Shown here in pieces: positions 60,804 through 64,000 of a stretch of 64,000 nucleotides of DNA. The notes beneath the pieces were generated by a model that saw only the letters and a list, made by a program, of their open reading frames with translations, did no database searches and was not told where the DNA came from. The DNA is from Chlorokybus atmophyticus. Its lineage: Eukaryota; Plantae; Mesostigma and Chlorokybus algae. The number at the start of each line of letters is the position of its first letter. Position 1 is the first letter of the stretch. The stretch is taken from positions 357,859 to 421,858 of the forward strand of contig RHPI01003599.1 of NCBI GenBank assembly GCA_009103225.1. Direction: 5' to 3'. The translations under genes and the position numbers were made by a program.

Positions 60804-61867
60804 TATTCGTCTTAAATTCGCTCTTGCAAAGCTCTTTTACGGCGCTCTTCCAACTCTTTCGATGCTGCTGCTTGGCCTAATGAAGCAGGTCATCTCAGCA
60901 TTGACGCCATGCCAAGGGAACCTTGAGTTGTCCTCATGACACACAATGTGTAGCATCCGCTTGCTGACCACCTGCAACTGAGCCTGCACTTCCTGGCGTG
61001 TTCTCTCTTCCAACCGCAGCTCCTCTACCTCTTTTGCGTTTTGTAGCACACTGTGGACGAAACCTTGCGGAGTCATATAACCCTGCAAACCAAGACTGTG
61101 AGCAACTAGCATGCTTTGCGTGCAAGAAATACTAAAGTGCAACAGCACAACCTCAATGTCGACCGCAGATCCCCGCCCATACTTGTTGTCCCATTGCTCC
61201 CCACAAATAGTCATCACGAACTTTCAAAGGTGTATGCCTCCTTACGGCATGAAAACTTGAGGCAACGAGAACCTGCATTAATCCTAATAAGGCACAAGAA
61301 GACAATGGAATTGTACGACAACGGTATGTGCCTGAGGTTGTGTCGGCGTCTGGCTGCGACTCGCGGTCGTGAGGAAGAGACGCAGCACAATGCCCAAACC
61401 GAGTTTTTGAATGATACTGTAGCAAGAACTTACATCAGGTAACCACAACTCGCCCATGATAGCATCAGGTCCTATGGTCGAGTGGGCTGTGACATTGGTC
61501 ATCGGAGCCGGATATTTGGGTTTGATTTCAGCCTTGCACACGAATTTCAGCCTCGCACAATCACCTTTTTATTGATCCAGTAACATCGTAAATGGTCACT
61601 TCATAAATGTCGTCATCGATAGGTCGCGACTTGCCTTATGGCAATCGCACCGGCGTTCAATCGGCGCGGTAGGACGCGACCTGTCTGTCGCGATGCGACC
61701 TGTGGGCCGGCAGCGGCGCGCTATGCGCGCGTTGACCAATATGGGCCTAAACTGGCCGGTCCTTGCCGTTGGGGCCGGTGACCGACCCTAACAAACCTCT
61801 GGAATGATTCCCCAGCTAAGCATATGCAGCTCGGCTAGCAGAAACTGCCAAGGACGTCAGCGTTCTT

Positions 61868-62543
61868 AAGTGGGGGGGAATGTAACGGGAAGGTACATTA
61901 AGTAACCACAAATCGACCATAAAAGCATTAAGTCTCTTATGGTCCAGTGGGCTGTAAGAGATACGGTATTGTGTTTCCCATGCTAGCCATGACATAGCGC
62001 GATGAGGTGCAACAAGTGGCGGCTGTTTGGTCGGGCCTGCCGGCCTGCCTGCCGGCCGGCCGGCACATCATACACGTATCCCCACACGACGGGCCATCAC
62101 TGGCCCATCCCACATAGCCACCCGCGACTGGCGGGCTGCGCGGCTGCATGCGTCCCGCCAGCCGCTCATTGGCTGGGCGGCGACTACCAATTTCAAGCCG
62201 TTAGATCCACATATTTTACATCTCGGCCGTCCAGAGCATATCCCAACATCACAATATTGCTCAGATTTGCTTATAAAACACAATACGAATACAAACGGTG
62301 TGCACATGAACGCTTATGGCGATAAATTATGCATACCGGATTTACCCGTTCAAAGTGCCCCCCTTCCAACACAGTGCCCCCCCAAAATTTATGGGGGTAA
62401 TTGTATTCGGGGGGGCTCTCTTCGAAAGAGGGCGTTGTACAGGATGCTGATTGAGCGTAATGGACGATCTCTAACGTAACCTAATGGTCAAAAATGGTGC
62501 AATATGGTGCAATATGGCTAGCAACCTGCAGTTAAGTGTTACA
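61868..62543 (+). mobile_element. PPT plus probable 3' LTR of another LTR element
   Basis: AAGTGGGGGGGAA is followed by TGTAAC at 61881, the same junction form as the chromovirus. Candidate GTTACA ends lie at 62543 or 62616. No coding region or TSD was found. Confidence 0.4.
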
Positions 62544-64000
62544 AAACTTAGTATTTAACGTAACGTATACGCGACGGTACGTGCTAAGATCTTTAGTAAG
62601 TAATGCCAAGGTTACAACTATTCAAATAATGCTACCCTAAATTACCTTTACGCTAAGATTCGACTTAACAAAACATCGCATCGGTAGGCCACCATTTGGT
62701 CACGCATGAATTTGATCAAACGAGATCGCAACGGTGACAACAGCCGTCGCTGAAAAAGGCAGAGAATTGGCCAATCATTGCAGAGATGCATAACAGATGC
62801 TGAAAACTATGAAACTATCGGCGGCACCTGCTTGCCAACGGCGACTCAAAATCGCTGACGATTCGGTGCAATTGCAGCACTATTAGTGATTAAAACGGCC
62901 GCTTTTTTGGCGGTACGAGGTCGGGGCAGGCCCCATACTAAAAAGACATGCCGCCACTACTCACCCTCGTTCTCACTGATCCACTCTACCATTCAACGCT
63001 AATTGATTACACGCTGTAGTTACTGCGTCATTAAACATGGTCAACAGCCGAATGAGGTGCAATGAGGTGCAGTGCACGTACCAGATCAGCCCAAATGCGA
63101 GCTGCATAATAATCGCAACGTTTGCGTATTCATGTCATATTAACATCAGGTGTTACTGCCATAAGACTCATGTCGCAATTAGGATTTGGGCTTATTGATG
63201 CATGAGGAGTTGTAATGTGCCACACATGGCATAATAGGTGGAGGTATGTGCAACGGCGCATCAATACCATCTGTTTATCAACATGCAAGGCATTACAAAA
63301 TCAGCTTGCTATACATCTGCATTACAAATCAAGCACCATGCATGGTGTATGGTTGCGAATAGTGTCGGCCTACTCATACAAATGATCTTGAGATGAAGGT
63401 GTAGGCAATGTAGAGTATGTGTGCTCAACCTAGTATCTTAATATTGCTACCACTCAACACTAAAACGTATACACTATGTGCTGACAGTGATCACGAACAA
63501 CAACACTCACTTGAGCAAAGGGATGACACTGTAAGTCAACAAGCCACTACTAGTGGTAGTAATGTGACGCGGTTCCTGGCAAAAGTGGATAATGTACTAC
63601 ATTAATAATGTATGATACATTGTTAGGTGAGGTGAATGAGCACGCAACTCGTGGATGCCATGCTCTGGCTGAGGTACACAAGCACACAATTTGCAAGCAA
63701 TCACCACCAAACTGATAGCAAGTAATGTGCACAAGAGTATGCACAGTTTCACACGGTGAGGGGATGCTCGACAATCGGAGCGGCATGTTTCGGTTCAAGC
63801 AACTTCAGAAGCTCTCGGTTCGCGCTCTTACTCACAATGTCACCAGCAAATCCATTGAACCTTGTGACTACTTATACAAGTCAAATTACGACTTTGAAAT
63901 ATAAGTTAATGGTTATATCGAGTCTATCTGTAAAACCCCCCTAACTTGATATAGCAAATAACTGACAGCTAAAGCCATAACTGATAAACTACGCGCGGTA

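Noticed and set aside
60837-61541. Broken minus-strand frames as a pogo/DDE_1 transposase
   Set aside because: Only a vague QPxDxGI-like resemblance; the catalytic residues and TIRs were not identifiable.
1-64000. Most short ORFs in the six-frame track
   Set aside because: They are intron read-through, antisense shadows of real exons or low-complexity His/Cys/Met-rich translations of RY-rich introns.

Overview
Eukaryotic nuclear DNA of about 50% GC with short GT/GC-AG introns. It looks green-algal, either an early streptophyte or a chlorophyte; this is inference from plant-like proteins and retroelement types. The first ~38 kb is a compact, intron-rich gene block: a Crinkler-like Ubl/nuclease-fold gene, an AAMP/SQT1 WD40 protein, CYP40, MCMBP, GH20 beta-hexosaminidase, a histidine-phosphatase (PGM-like) gene, mL53, UBC2/RAD6, bL21m, an SV2-like MFS transporter and a second Crinkler-like gene. 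Small foldback elements and near-perfect hairpins lie among these genes. From ~38 kb there is a split, inverted, intron-containing copy of part of the PGM-like gene. It abuts a nested LTR-retrotransposon cluster: an intact-ORF chromovirus lacking its 5' LTR, with a GGGAAAC -1 frameshift signal; a complete TRIM; a solo LTR; a full Copia inside an older Copia; and a decayed Ty3/Gypsy carrying a C5 cytosine-methyltransferase domain before RT and a PHD finger after integrase. All exon models and alignments were done by eye, and no database searches were run.
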